From assembly GCA_050230475.1 (NCBI GenBank), contig JBFLGF010000070.1:1-63359 (forward strand): 63,359 bases of DNA, read 5' to 3'. Positions 13,901 to 26,709 of this stretch are shown in pieces. Position numbers and translations under genes: made by a program. Position 1 is the stretch's first letter, and each line of letters starts with the position of its first letter. Source of the DNA: Ancylonema sp. (Eukaryota). Below the pieces are notes generated by a model. That model was not told the DNA's origin. It ran no database searches and worked only from the letters and a program-made list of their open reading frames with translations.

Positions 13901-16735
13901 CCCCCCCCCCCAGGGAACCCCCTTCCCCCCCAAGGCTCGAGATGAATCCCCCCTTCCCCACCCTAAGGTAATTGAGGTACATGAGAATGGATCCCCCCGC
14001 CCCCCCCCCCGCCCCTCCCTGCCTTCCTGTCGCTGCCTCCCCATCCGCTTCTATCACTCCCTCCACCGTCACCGACTTCAACGGCTGGTCCTGGGAGCCA
14101 ATGATGAGCACACCACCACCACGGCTACCGTAGGAGGAGCCGTTGGCCAACCTCACATCTCCCCCCCCACTGCCCACCTCGCACGGCAACCCCCTGTCCC
14201 CAAAGGCCATCCCCCCCTGGGCCAACGACCCGTTCCCTCCTGCCCCGCCATGGCCCCCCCCCCCACTGCCTCCCTCGTCCACCACCACACTCTGACCACG
14301 ACCAACCCCATGACCCTCCTCGCACCTGGAAAGGAGGAGAGGAGATCCACATTCTGTATTACAGTCCCGCGACTCACCAATCCGCACAGTGCAATGAGGA
14401 CGAATTGGTTGAGATTGAGGTCTATTTTGAGTTGAACAGAAAAATAAAAAATGATCTCATCATGTGGCATCCCACAGCTCCTCGCTACCTATCCTCTTCC
14501 AATTCATCGCTAAAACAAATCCATCGTAGGAAGGCGGCCCCATCCGTCCTCATGAAATGGTTGGGGCCAAGATGGATGACAGTTGTATCCTCGAATAGGA
14601 CACCATTCCTATACCCACGACCCCCATCCCTATCCCCCATGCCCCCCCTTCGTGCCCTCGCACCCTAGGCCCGTTGCCGAGAGTGTTCCGTTTCCCGTGA
14701 TCCTCAGCGCCCCACGAACGTTGACGAGAACGAGAGCGCCCTCCACGCGACCGCCCACGTTTAACTCCTCCGCACGACAAATCTGAGAACACAACCACAG
14801 GGGGCAACCGTAGTTTACAAGGATTGGACCCCCCCTCCTCTCTCTCCTCGCCCTCCTCTCCTTACATGCAGTGTGTAGGGCGAGTTGTCGTTGCAGTCTT
14901 CTGAGGTGGGGATGAGTCCTGAGGGGCACACAGAGTCATCGCAGGCCAGCTGGGTGCGACTGGGAGAGAGGGAAACACGACAAGGGGAACGTCAGCCTCG
15001 GCACTGAATGATTCATCATGAATGATGAGGGATGAGGTGGCCAAGGGTCCTTTTCTTACACTTGGGTCGAGTACGGTTGTATGTGAGGAGCTCGGATTTG
15101 TGCCCCCCTCTCCACCTGCCCCCGTCACCCAAACAGTGAGAAGGCAGCCATGCCCACCCCCCCACCCCCCCACCCCCCCTTCCCTCGGTGTCTCACATCG
15201 ATTCTCAGCACGTTTTGCAGCAACATTTTGTCGGCCCCAATGAAGCTTCCTTCCCCAGAGATGTTCAGGTGGTTCTGGTTCGTGAGCTTAAGGAAACCGG
15301 TGTGAGTGATGTTGCCACCCTCCTCAACCTGAAGGTGGGAGGAGTCGATGGTACCAAAGCCCGTCTGCAGCGACTCCTCCGCCTTCCAATGCACCACCTC
15401 CAGCGCGGACCGCTGCAGACACACAGAGGCGCTCTGCATCTGCAGTCGGCCGTACACCACCACCCGGGCGTCCATGAGGTGAATGACCCCGTCGTTGGTG
15501 TTGGTTTCCATCACCACGTCCCCGTAGCCGAGGGAGGGGGATCCGTACACGAACACGGCCCCCTCCCGGAAGTAGTGCGCGGAGTGGACCTTCATGCGAA
15601 GGTTCTGGATGGGAGACACACCGCGGCTCCCTCCCTCCATCACGAATGTATTCCACACAGGGAAGTAGGGGGTCTCGTAGATCTGGGTGGCCGTCACGCT
15701 GGACTGGTTCCCGTTTCCGATCACCAGCTTCCGCAGGTTGGCGTCATACACAGTGCCGGCGGCCCCCGCGTTAGAGGGGCAGTTCAAGCTCGGGCCGCCC
15801 ACAGCAGTAGCATTCAAACTCCCCACTAGGGAGCGGTAGTAGACGGCGATTCGCCCCCCGCCCCCGCCCCCGACGCCGCTGCCGCCGACCGCGGTCACCA
15901 CCCCCTTCCCAGATATGATCTCCCTGGCCGCCACAAACACGCTCCCTCCCGAGCCCCCCCCCCCTTGATATCCCGGACTTCCCCCGTCCGCATTCACGCT
16001 GCCGTTCAGTTCCAGAACGTCCGATGACGAGACGTTGACCAGCCCCCCTCCGAGCCCACCCCAGCCATCCGGCCCCAGGCCAGCACCCGGGCTCCCGAAC
16101 TTCCATGGCTCGTGAAGGGAGCTCCAACCGTAGCTGTCTCCCCCCCACACATCTCCAGGATCTCCTGCGCTTAGCGCCATGCAGGACGCTCCCCTGCCCC
16201 CGTACCCACCCCCTGCCCCGTCGAGTGCGGTGGGAGTTCCGCTTGTCTGCGAGGGCTGCTCTTTCGACAGGGCAGCTGAAGTGATGTAAGCCCCCGTGGC
16301 GACCCGTATCAAGGAGGATTGAATCACGATGACTCCGCCCATACTGTACGATCCGGATGACAGGAGTTCAACCGATTGCCCCATCAGAATTTTCAGCTCA
16401 GCATTAGGAATGTCACATGATATTGAACCATTTCCCAAAATGAGAGAGCCTGGGCCCGAAATTTCCCAGCTCGTACCGTCTGCGAGATACACGCCAGTGC
16501 TAACATAACACGTGGTGTTAAGTGAGCCCACCCCTTGCAAATCCTCCTCACAGTTCAGGTACGTCGTGGAGGCGCAATGATGGACCAAAAGAAGAAGTAT
16601 AATGGGCAGCACGAATAATCTTGCACAAGGAACACGTGGCCACAGTGCAGTAGGGCGGAGCTGAAGAGGAGACAGGAAATTCTTTGAAAAATAATCCCGC
16701 GGGACCCCTTCAATTGGCAAACTCGATGCAGCCAT
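10935..16735 (-). CDS. Large glycine-rich, Cys-rich multi-pass membrane protein of the conserved plant At5g11700/At4g32920-like family (multi-exon)
   Basis: Family motifs occur in order: CEEDLQGVGSLNTTC, GAGGGYGGRGASC, GGGSGGS, CPPGLYGLLCEECPVG, HMHRIYFHGANSF, SEYDHSCLRSCRSRAVYEGLKV, DVFLGGDEKRPDLPP, LLLLADFSL, WWLF...HVANLEIQDRTVYAEDPAEFWQT*. GT-AG introns join the ORFs. There is one apparent frameshift at the C-run near 13890-13911. Confidence 0.9.
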
Positions 16736-17749
16736 GCGGCACTTAGGCACCAAAATAGGATGGGCAAGTACACATATCGGATTTCCGAACTCAGTGTCGA
16801 TCAGGTTCCCCTGAAGAGAGAACCTGTATTGCGCGCCAGCTACTCAAATTGATCTTAGAAACGGAAACTGCTCTTTCCACTCCAGCCTTCTGGCTTGGCT
16901 CGTTGGCAGAGAAGAGGGAGGACATGTCTCCCCCGGGCCGGGAGAGAAGCCAAATGCCCCTGTAAGGGTGCAGGGTCCCCCCCGCCAACGTCAACCGCCG
17001 CTTGCCAAGGCGGGTAATCTCCACCCCACCCTGAGCCCATTGGCGGGTGGTTATGCGCCCGCTCGCCACGGACCCTCCACCCACCTTCATCCGCCTCATC
17101 CGCAATCCACCCGCCCATCCGCCAAGTGTGGCGGGTGAGCGGGTACTCGGAGAGATGTATGAAGTCGAACGTGTGGAGAATAAAAACGACGGACTTGCAT
17201 CAATATCTGGAGTTGTACCGATGCTTCATTCTCATTGTGGTTGTTGCAAAAAAAAAATCAGTGACAAAATGATTTGATTTGGAGTCGTGGTTTAAAATAT
17301 ATGAAGATATGAAGATATGTGACAAGTTCACCGTGTTGTTTGGAGATACGGACGTATTTTGGTCCAAACTTTGAATTAATTGAAACTATTCATTTGCGGT
17401 CCGATTTATTGATGTGATTTCTTTAACGTTATGTTTTATTCTAGTACTAGCACATGTCTCGAGAGTTTGATGATGTTTGGTAGGCGTTTCGGTGTAGTCA
17501 ATATTATGGTGTACACGATGATAGATTATAAGCCACGTGCATAGGCTTAGAAGTACGGGGCTATCAATCCCAGCAAAGCATCTTTGGAGGGTTTTTTTTT
17601 TGTGTGTGTGGGTGGACAAGAGGATCGCTGATCCATACATTTTCCTTGCTGAATTTTTGAAAATTTGTTTCTCGTCGAAAATATTCATGTCGTTGTTCCT
17701 GATGGAATTTCTCAAGTGCACCTGAAGTGCTTGTCTTCTCATCGAGAGC

Positions 17750-18640
17750 AGTGTAGGCAAATTTACAAATCCTACGGTGATGGTGAGTCTTCCAGGAAGA
17801 CATATTGCGATGGGTTTTTTTTGGTGTGTGGAGCACTAAGGTGTTTGATGCTCTCGATGAGGCGGATGCCTTGCCACTAACCAAGAGAAAGGATACTATT
17901 CCTCCTGAGGTGCTATATACTTTTGATACTCTTGGCAACATCAACAACCAGACACAAATGGATGAGAATGTCGGCTGAGCAAAAAGACTTCGGAAAGCGC
18001 TTCAAGAGTGGTATTTCGATTCTCACTCAGTCAATTGGCGATTTCTCTAGTACAACTTCTCGATTTGGTTCCTAAGCATCCAGCCGACATTTGGGATAAA
18101 TTTAAGCGAGACTACAATAAGGTGTCTTCAAGAATGACTCGGCAAATGAAGTAAAAGCTACGTGCTTTCCGTGTCGATCCAAAAGAAGATGCCGTCCTAA
18201 TACAACACAGGCTCGAAGTGTTGGTTGATGAGTGTCGGTAGAAGAAGTATTTTCCTACAGATGACGACGTCGCAATGACGGTGCTAGATGCACTTGATGA
18301 GAGTTCTGAGTCTCTTCGAAATACATATTGGGTGACGTCTCCTCTTTTGTCGATAGGGTAGATCTACACTCGGATTGATGACAAGAAACCGATGGACACG
18401 ACGGGAAAGACGGGACGGTGTTGCGCACGGCGCGGCATTCGCGGCGAAGGTTGCCGTAGATCACGGTGAATGATATTATGGAGCTCGTAGTCGAGGTGGA
18501 AGAGGCGGTGATGCGAGGAGGAAGTTCGTTCTTCGAGGTGGTGCTCGTGGCGGAGGAGGTCCTCGTGGAGGCGGTCGCAATGGTGAGCGCGGTGGCGGAG
18601 AGATGCGGACCGAGATGCGGACCGAGACGGACCGCGCGGT
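17750..18640 (+). pseudogene. Degenerate Ty1/copia gag (UBN2/Retrotran_gag_2-like) fragment
   Basis: Broken frames read HPADIWDKFKRDYNK...LEVLVDEC...DDDVAMTVLDAL followed by an RGG-rich tail, the same layout as the gag at 20760-21600. Many stop codons. Confidence 0.55.
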
Positions 18641-19064
18641 TCTTAGATTTTTTTTTTTTGGTGGACATTCTTTGAGGGGCGTCTTTTTTTTTTTTTTTTT
18701 TTTTTTTTTCCCCCTCGTCTTTTCTCTCCTCTTCTCCTTGTTTTTTTTTTATTTGTTTTTTACTAGCCCTACACTATTTGCTTAGACGTTACGATGCTTA
18801 GGCGCGAGGATGCGTGGCATCGACGACTGGGAGGGTTGGGATGTGGAGTGGAAAATAAAGTGAGGATGAAGCTTGTTGGGGGTCCGTGAAGGGCTTACGG
18901 CCACTTCGTGAAAAAGTAGTCGGTCATGGGTTTGTCTTCATTTTGAAGTTGTGAATGGTGTAATCCTCTCTTTTATATATGTTTCATCGGGGATCTTTAC
19001 AAGATGCTAGGATGAGGATTTATATGTTAGGCTGGTAGGATGTTAAAATGCCAAATACTTATTA

Positions 19065-19633
19065 CAATAAAACTTGTCTAAAAGAATATTGTCTAAAAGA
19101 ATAACCTCTCTAAAATAATAGAATATGTCCCTACCGACGTTGGGGGAGTGTAATCATTCCAAAACCTGAATAATTCTCTAAAAGAAGACTATTTTACCCC
19201 CCCGCTATACGTATAAAAGAACAATGTACGGAATGCGTACATTCTCCTACGGGTTCTAATACGTCTCTCCAATATTGTGGAAAGTGAATATGAATAGTTC
19301 GATATGTTTAAATTGTTGCCATAAAATATTTTGTGGATGGTGCGAGTGCCTTCCACGTGCATATATTATCTCCCAAGTGGTAGGAATTTCATGTGGGATT
19401 CCCTACACGATAATTTAAGGGCGTTGCGACCGATGTGTCGTGTAGTATAAGCTGGAAAACACGTTTTAACGGATTTTGAACTTGATATTGGCTTGTTTTC
19501 CGTCGGTTTCCCGTCGTAGGCACACGGGAACGGGTTTTAGGACATTTGGAACCATAACTATCTAAATTAATAACCTGCCTAAAAGAATATATTTTCTCCT
19601 CCCCAACTATATTATTTTAGACAAATTTTACTG
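19065..19633. mobile_element. Tc1/mariner (CAGTAAAA-family) MITE
   Basis: TA|CAATAAAACTTGTCTAAAAGAATA ... TATTATTTTAGACAAATTTTACTG|TG, with repeated CTAAAAGAATA subterminal motifs. Confidence 0.7.
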
Positions 19634-20139
19634 TGTATGGTGGGAAAAGGTTGAAAAACTTGTAGTATTTGCAGTGAGGCGAAGTCGTCGGTAGTCAATA
19701 GTAGTAAATGGCCACATTATTAGGTGTATGAAGTCTTTGTAACTAGATTTTGATCACTAAGATTCTCAGTAATTATGGCGAATGATGAGAGGTGACATAG
19801 AACGGATGGCTACATAGATTTGTTGAAACTTTCAACTTGTTAGCTAATCGATGTTCACTCATATAATAACGAGATCCGAAAATCGTTCTTAAACATTGTA
19901 ATCTCACTTTACAACATGTGGTCAACATGATTTATGTGGTAAATGATGGAATAGTTGTTGTGATGATACCACAACAAGTTCAAATGCTAAATATCGTGTT
20001 AAAAGAGGGGAAGTTATGAGAACTTCGTCGAAATTTCAAAAAAACGAGGGAGCACGTCGGTGTTTTTGGTGTTCCTACTTTTCTCGGTAAGCCCGCTATG
20101 TTCTAACTAACGCCATTTATCGACATCAACGAATTCTAG

Positions 20140-20325
20140 CCCCAAACTTGGTAGCGTCGGCTCTCCCATGTACTTGATGACAGTCACCCGCCCCGACCTT
20201 GGGGTTGCCTTGAGAGTCTCGAGCCGTTTCCGGGAGGATCCGGGGATAGCACATTGGGAGGGGGTGAAGCGAGTGCTTCGCTATATTCATGGCACTACAA
20301 AATTGGGATTATTGTACCATAAGGG
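20140..20325 (+). pseudogene. Older copia RT fragment (left half of the host element)
   Basis: Reads VGSPMYLMTVTRPDLGVALRVSSRFREDPGIAHWEGVKRVLRYIHGTTKLGLLYHKG, the copia RT C-terminal region. Confidence 0.85.
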
Positions 20326-20736
20326 TGTTAGTTTTGAGGGTCTGTGAAATTTTGTCTACATATCGATTTTAGGGCTTAAGTTTAGATTTGTCGATTTTGT
20401 CATTTTGCCCGTCGATAAGATTGTGATGTTATTTGTGGCCAACTGGCAACGTGTCGATAAGAATAGAGAACGTGTCCATAAGATCAGGTGATTTTGCACA
20501 ATACTTGAATATGATTGGTGTTGACTTGTTAGTTCGATCATTAGAGATCTTTGACTAGGAGGGGGCACGGATCACACTCGATTGTACTCAGTCTGGGCTT
20601 GCATGCAGAATTCTGCAATCAATCAATCGATCTCAACCTTGCACTTTTGTTGTGTGCGTTTGTAACGTTGTGAATGTTTGCTCAAGAGTGTGAAGACTCT
20701 TACTTCTTGTATCGATGGCAGAAGATAGCAACTACA
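20326..20736 (+). repeat. 5' LTR
   Basis: TGTTAG...CTACA, about 90% identical by eye to 25137-25536. Confidence 0.9.
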
Positions 20737-20737
20737 G

Positions 20738-20749
20738 TGGTATCAAAGC
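20738..20749 (+). promoter_or_regulatory. Primer binding site (tRNA-iMet type)
   Basis: TGGTATCAAAGC immediately after the 5' LTR, one mismatch from the consensus TGGTATCAGAGC. Confidence 0.85.
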
Positions 20750-23700
20750 ACGGTATTGCATTTAGATGGAGATAAAGTTCCTTCCCAAGCTTGGCGATCT
20801 AAGGCATCTGCAACTCTCGATGACGTAGACTGTCTTGAGATCTGCGAGAGATTAGAAACAGAACCAGATGAAGTTTATCCAGCGTATCATGACGAGCACT
20901 AGATTACAAATCAAGATGAGATGGATCACTACACATAAGGCATCATAAGTTTTCGCAAGCGATCCAAGAAAGTTGTGATGTTGTTGATGGGTCTTGTGGG
21001 TGAGAATATAGCTACAACTCTTGAGGAGTATGAGAGAAAACTTGCATAAATGTGGAGGCACCTAGAAGAAGGGTTCGACAAAGTGACTCCATAATTGAAG
21101 CGGCTTGCTAAGCACCGAATGAAATCATTCAAAATAAATGAGAAGCTGTGAGTTCGAGACATCAAGAAGGACTTTTTGTCGATCATCAGAGCGTGCAAAC
21201 ATCGAAATTACGATGTTAGCGAGGAGGATCAAGTGATGAAGCTCTTCGCGGGGATGTCGAGATCCAAGTGCGGAATGCTAAAAAAACTATACTTTGGTCA
21301 CGCAAAGGCTCCCGGAATTAGCTGGGTTTGGGCACAAATGGGTGTCGATGTACTTGACGACCAGAAAGAGCAAGGTGAAAGAGACGCTGAAGCACTTGTT
21401 GTAGAAGCAAACTATGCAAAGTGCAATGCACGGCAACAAAAATCAAAGCGAGGGAGAGGTGGTGGTGATGGTAGAGGAGGTGGAGGCAAAGAAGCTGGCA
21501 GAGGAGACTATGGTGGATATCGAAGGGGCAGAAGTGATCGAGGAGGTGGTGGCGGCAAAGGAGCAGGTGGTGGTTTCGACAAAAATAACATGGCTCCTCG
21601 AATGTAGAGAAAAGGTAAGCAGACGGGAACAAAAATTGCACACGTGAGCGAAATCGATGAGGGTGGAGACCAGGGTCATGGAGAACTAGTAGTTGGTGAA
21701 ATCTGTGAGGGCCTGGTCGGTGGAAGTGATGAGGAACGAGGTTTTCTTTGGGATGATGGATCCAGTTATCAATCAAGTAGACGGAGAGCACACTTCAAAA
21801 CTCTGGTCGACATCCCACAAGAAATCGTGATGCGTCATCTCGTTGGCAGCGTGCGCGTCAAACAGTGGGGGATTGTAATGCTAGATACAAAAGGAGAATG
21901 CGGAGGCATCACTCTTAAAAATTTGTCTATACATCCCAGGAATGAGAGCGAATCTTTTTAATGGACAAAAAGCAAGAGATTAAGGTTGGGAGAACACTTT
22001 CAGAGGTCCAGCAGGTGGCATTATTCCCGTCTACAGAAAAGATGGCAAGCAGATCTGCACAATTCAAGAATCGACAACTGGACGCCACACCTTGATTTGC
22101 ACGTCAAATCGTCATGATCGACAGGATGAAGGAGAAGTAGTTGTCGCAGCTATCGATGTCAACATGATGCATACACGTCTTGGTCATGCCAATGAGAGAG
22201 TACTCAGAAGTCTGGCAAAGGGAGACCTTGTGCGTGGACTCGAAGGTGGCATCTCTGGTGCAACGCTGAATTTGAGGGCTGTAAACTTGGGAAAGCACAT
22301 GACAGGCCACATCCAAGCCAAGATCTAGGTGTTGGTGAAAAAAATTGTTTGGGAAGAATCTCCGTTGTCCTGGCGGGACCTTTCAATCCAGCGTCGATAG
22401 GTGGCGGAGTCTACAATATGGTCATCGTCGACGAGTACATAAGAAAGTCTTGGGTGGAAATCTTGCGCTCCAAAGTTGATGCAGCTCCTCGTCTCAAAGA
22501 GTGGATTGCGATCTGGCAATGGCAGAGTGGGAAATCCGTCAAGAGTTTGTGATCTGACAGAGGAGGGGAATCTATCGATGGTGACTTCAGTCACCGGCTG
22601 ATAGGCAAAGGCATCATTCATGAGAAAACACCTCTACATACTCCTCATGCGAATGCAATGACATAGCGAATGAACAGGACTCTGCGAGATCGAGCACGCT
22701 CCATGCTCTTGCACATGAAAACTTCCTTCCAGACTCTGGGCTGGGGCCATCTCTCATGTATATTACCTCAGAAATATATGTCACGTGAAAAACCTGCCTA
22801 AAACTCCATAGGAAATGTGGACTGGCACCACTCCCAACTTCAGTCATCTTCGCACGTATGGCTGCAAAGTGTATGTCATGATGGAGAAACGAGATCGACA
22901 AGGAAAAATGGCAGCGCTGGCATGGGTAGATGTGCTAGTTGGGTGGAACACTGAACGTCCGTCTGAAAGTCCTTGGGATCCCACTACAAACATTATCTAG
23001 AGCCTCCATTACATCTCTTCCACGAGCGGAGCATACATAAATGGAGTCGTTACGTCCATCTGATGCATATGCAAACATTTCGACCCCCTTCATGGAAACC
23101 AGCTGACGGATACTCTCAAACCTGATTGTAGGGGAAAACGTCTAATCATAGTCCACACCTTCTTCCTCAATAAAACCCTTGGCAATAACTTCGGCTTTGT
23201 ATTTTTCAATAGTGCCATTTGCATTTATTTTGATCCGAAACACCCTCTTAGACTTGACCACCATCTTGCCCTTTGGCCTATCGACAAGACGAAGGAACTT
23301 ATTTTCTTCCAAACTTCCCATCTCAGCATCCATTGCTCCTTGCCATTTGTCTTTGTCTGGATTGTCCAGAGCTTCTTTCACCATTTCTGGAGTTTTTGCA
23401 TCGACCTCTAGCCGTGCTACATAGGCTGCAAAAAAACGATTAGCTGTAATTCCCTTGTTCTCCCTTGCTGACCGTCGAACAACATCTTGAGCAGCCTGAA
23501 TTGCCTCTATGATTTTCTCCTTTGTAAGCTTCAACAGAGGATTTTCAGTAGTAGCATCATCCGGGTACCACTCAGCTCCATCTTCTAGCAAGTCTTGATC
23601 ACTGGCATCGCCACTGGAATTACTCACCAGCTCAGGAGAATCGTCAATGTTATGAGGAGGGGATTTTTGAACCTGTGGCAAGGGACTTCCCACAGCATCG

Positions 23701-25136
23701 GGAACCACTTCCTCACCAGAAGGCCAAGTTCCATTGTCAGGATGATGAGCAACATCACGACGAATACCCCCTCCGAGCACATCATCACTTTCTGCCATCT
23801 ATTTTGTCAACTCAAGATCTGGCCGCTCCATTTATGCAACTACTTGCATAAATGAGCTTTCCCTTTTTGCCAATTTCTGGCCTCCCCACCAGCCAGCACC
23901 AACAGATTCGTCGAAGTCAGCATGAGCGTGACCGACATTATGGAAGGAAGGGAAGGTCTCGTTACTGCTCATATGTCTGTATGGCATAAAGCAGGTCCCA
24001 AGAAGGTGGAACTAACATACTGAAAATGTGTTGAAAGAAATGGGTTTTCGCCGTTAGAGTCATATTTTGGGTTGTACATTTTGGGGGAAGGCCTAGAAGC
24101 CCTTTATATGGCTCTATATGTGGACGACTTGTTTCTTTTATACATTAAGATCAAGAAAATCGGGGGTGTGAAGTCTGGCCTTGGTGAACGGTACAACATG
24201 AAGGATTTGGGAGAGGCGAATTTCCTCCTGGGTTTGGAGATTAGAAGGCAGCCGAATGGAAACATCTTCTTATGTCAAGAAAAATATGCACAAGAAAAAA
24301 TTGGGAAAATTTGGTATGTCTGACTGCAACTCAGCATCGACTCCCTTGGAGATTGGTGTGATGTTTTCTGCAAATGAGGGATTTGTTGCTGAGGGGGCTA
24401 TTATTGAGGGTGTGGGTTACAAATGTGCCATGAGCAGGCTTTTTTATTCGCGTTCGGGAACTCGTCCGGATGTGGCTGCTGCAGACAACTCTCTTTGTAG
24501 ATACAACCACAATCCAGGAGAGCAGCATTGGGAGGGGGTTAAGGGGTTGTTGCGCTATCTACAGGGCACGGTTGGTTTTGGTCTCATGTATCAGAAAGGT
24601 GTAGCTATGCCTTTTGTTGGTTACTCAGATGCCTCCCATGGTCACGATTGTGACACTCGGAGGGGGCGTGCTGGCTATGTGTTTCTCAATGGGGGTGCTG
24701 CAGTAAGCTGGAAAAGCAGTTTGTTGGACACTGTCACTCACTCCAGCTGTGAGAGTGAATTATTGGCATAAAGTGAATACTTGGCATAAAGTGCAGTTGG
24801 CAATGAGGCTCTCCACCTTCACCGAATGCAGAAGCAGTTGGGAATTGCTGGGGACTCAGGGTTGTTGATCTTGGGAGACAATGAGAGTTCTTTGAAATTG
24901 GTTGAAAACCCATTGAAATAAAGTTTCATTATATCAGAGGTAGGGTAGCAAAGAAGAAGATTCATTTGTAGTTTGTGAGGAGTGATGAGCAGGCACCTGA
25001 TATGCTCACAAAGCCTGTGCCAATAAAGGTGTTGAAGGCAAACTGTGCTCTTGTTGGTTTGTGAGTCATGTTGTTTAAAATCGATATCGGTGGTTATCGT
25101 TTTTGGAGGGGAAAACGGAAGTTCCCAGGGAGGGGG

Positions 25137-25540
25137 TGTTAGTTTTGAGGGTCTGTGAACTTGTGTTTATATATCGATTTATGGCTTAAGTTTATATTTG
25201 TCGATTTTGTCGTTTTGCCCGTCGATCTGATTGTGATGTTATTTGTGGCCATCTGGCAACATGTCAATAAGATTAGACAACGTGTCGATAAGATTAAGCG
25301 ATTTGGCACAATACTTGAATATGATTGGTGTCGACTTGTTAGTTCGATCAATAGAGATCTTTGACTAGGAGGGGGCACGGATCACACTCGATTGTACTCA
25401 GTTTTCTGAGCATCAATTCTGCAATCAATCAATTTATATCAAACTTGCACTTTTATTGTGTGCGTTTGTAACGTTGTGAATGTTTGCTCAAGAGTGTGAA
25501 GACTCTTACTTCTTGCATCGATGGCAGAAGATAGCAGCCA
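25137..25540 (+). repeat. 3' LTR, preceded by a polypurine tract
   Basis: AGGGAGGGGG (25127-25136) then TGTTAGTTTTGAGGG...GAAGATAGCA. The last few bases differ from the 5' LTR. Confidence 0.9.
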
Positions 25541-25800
25541 AGTTCCACTTTGGGGGTATTCGAATGCTAGTCATGCTAGCGATCCACAGGATTTGAGGGG
25601 GCGAGGGGGCTATGTGTCTTTGAGTGGTGGGGCGGTTGTGAGTTGGATAAGTTTTTTGCTGGAAGTTGTGAGTCCGACTCGGACTCTCCGAGTATGTGGC
25701 ATTGAGTGGAGCCGGGAATGAAAGCCGTGTACCTGAGACAATGCAAGAGAAGCTGCATATGGAGAATGGGCAAGGAACAATGATGTGGAAGAAAATGAAT
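25541..25800 (+). pseudogene. Older copia RNase H fragment (right half of the host element)
   Basis: Reads VPLWGYSNASHASDPQDLRGRGGYVSLSGGAVVSW, a direct continuation of the 20140-20325 reading. Confidence 0.85.
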
Positions 25801-26709
25801 CGTGTCAGAAGTTGGCAAATTGGATATTCGCCAACTTCATTTTTTTAGTTTGGGTTTTTTTTGACTTGCGGATTTGTACCTCGTTATATTTCTCATTTGA
25901 AAATTTTCTGTTTTTCACCGACGTTTCAAGCACAATTTAGTGAAGTTTCATTCAATCCGTAGGAAGGAAAATGTTATTTTAAAAATGTTTTTTTTCCTTC
26001 TACCACAGGTGCAATATTGGGTTGAAGTTATTACAATCTGAACATATTTGATGGCATTGTACATTGTCTTATTATCATGTGAATGCTGTTTCCATAATCT
26101 TCTACAAGTTGTTACTTGTCTCATCTAAAACCCCGCGCATGAAGAGAAAAATATTGGACGGGGTATTTACTTGCACAAGTTGGAAACGAATGTGGTGCAT
26201 CCGTCCAAATTGTTGTCTAATAAGATGATGTTGATGATGTTACAAAAAAAAAAAAAAAAACAACCAACAAAATATATTAATACGTAATTTCAATGCCTGT
26301 TGCCACATGTTTTGTCACTTCGTAATACCACAAACCACATTAACCCACGTTTTAAAGCAAAGCACGGTAAGCTCGTCTGACGTCGGTCAATGCATATTAT
26401 GCACGTGTGATGTCACACGTGCACGTTTTACATGAGCCAAAGTGCGTAGGCCTAGATACGGGTATACACTACCAATCTCTACCAATTCCTACCCCCGCCC
26501 TTTCGTAGTAAGTTCCGCATGTTGCTTGACTCGTGAGGTTATTTGAGGCCTCATGATTCCTAGAAGTTGAAAAGTCCCATCAACCTCTTCTGAAGTGCGA
26601 TTCGTGACAATGAAGTGTGATGGAACAACATTAGGGTCGTTGAAATAAGAATGGACTCCGACGGAGATCAACTTCTGGATATAATATCAACTAGAAGCAA
26701 CACGCGTGT

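Larger units (their letters stand above)
20326..25540 (+). mobile_element. Full-length but degenerate Ty1/copia LTR retrotransposon
   Basis: Two homologous LTRs, a PBS and a PPT. Gag (20760-21600), protease-like FLWDDGSS, GAG-pre-integrase MHTRLGH, integrase (SDRGGE), RT (LYGIKQ, LYVDDL, TRPDV) and RNase H (GYSDAS) occur in copia order, with many stops and frameshifts. Confidence 0.93.

Noticed and set aside
11258..15829. Long overlapping alternative-frame and antisense ORFs (e.g. 497 aa, 311 aa, 231 aa)
   Set aside because: Shadow ORFs from high GC content over a real gene, with low-complexity G/P/R translations and no motifs.
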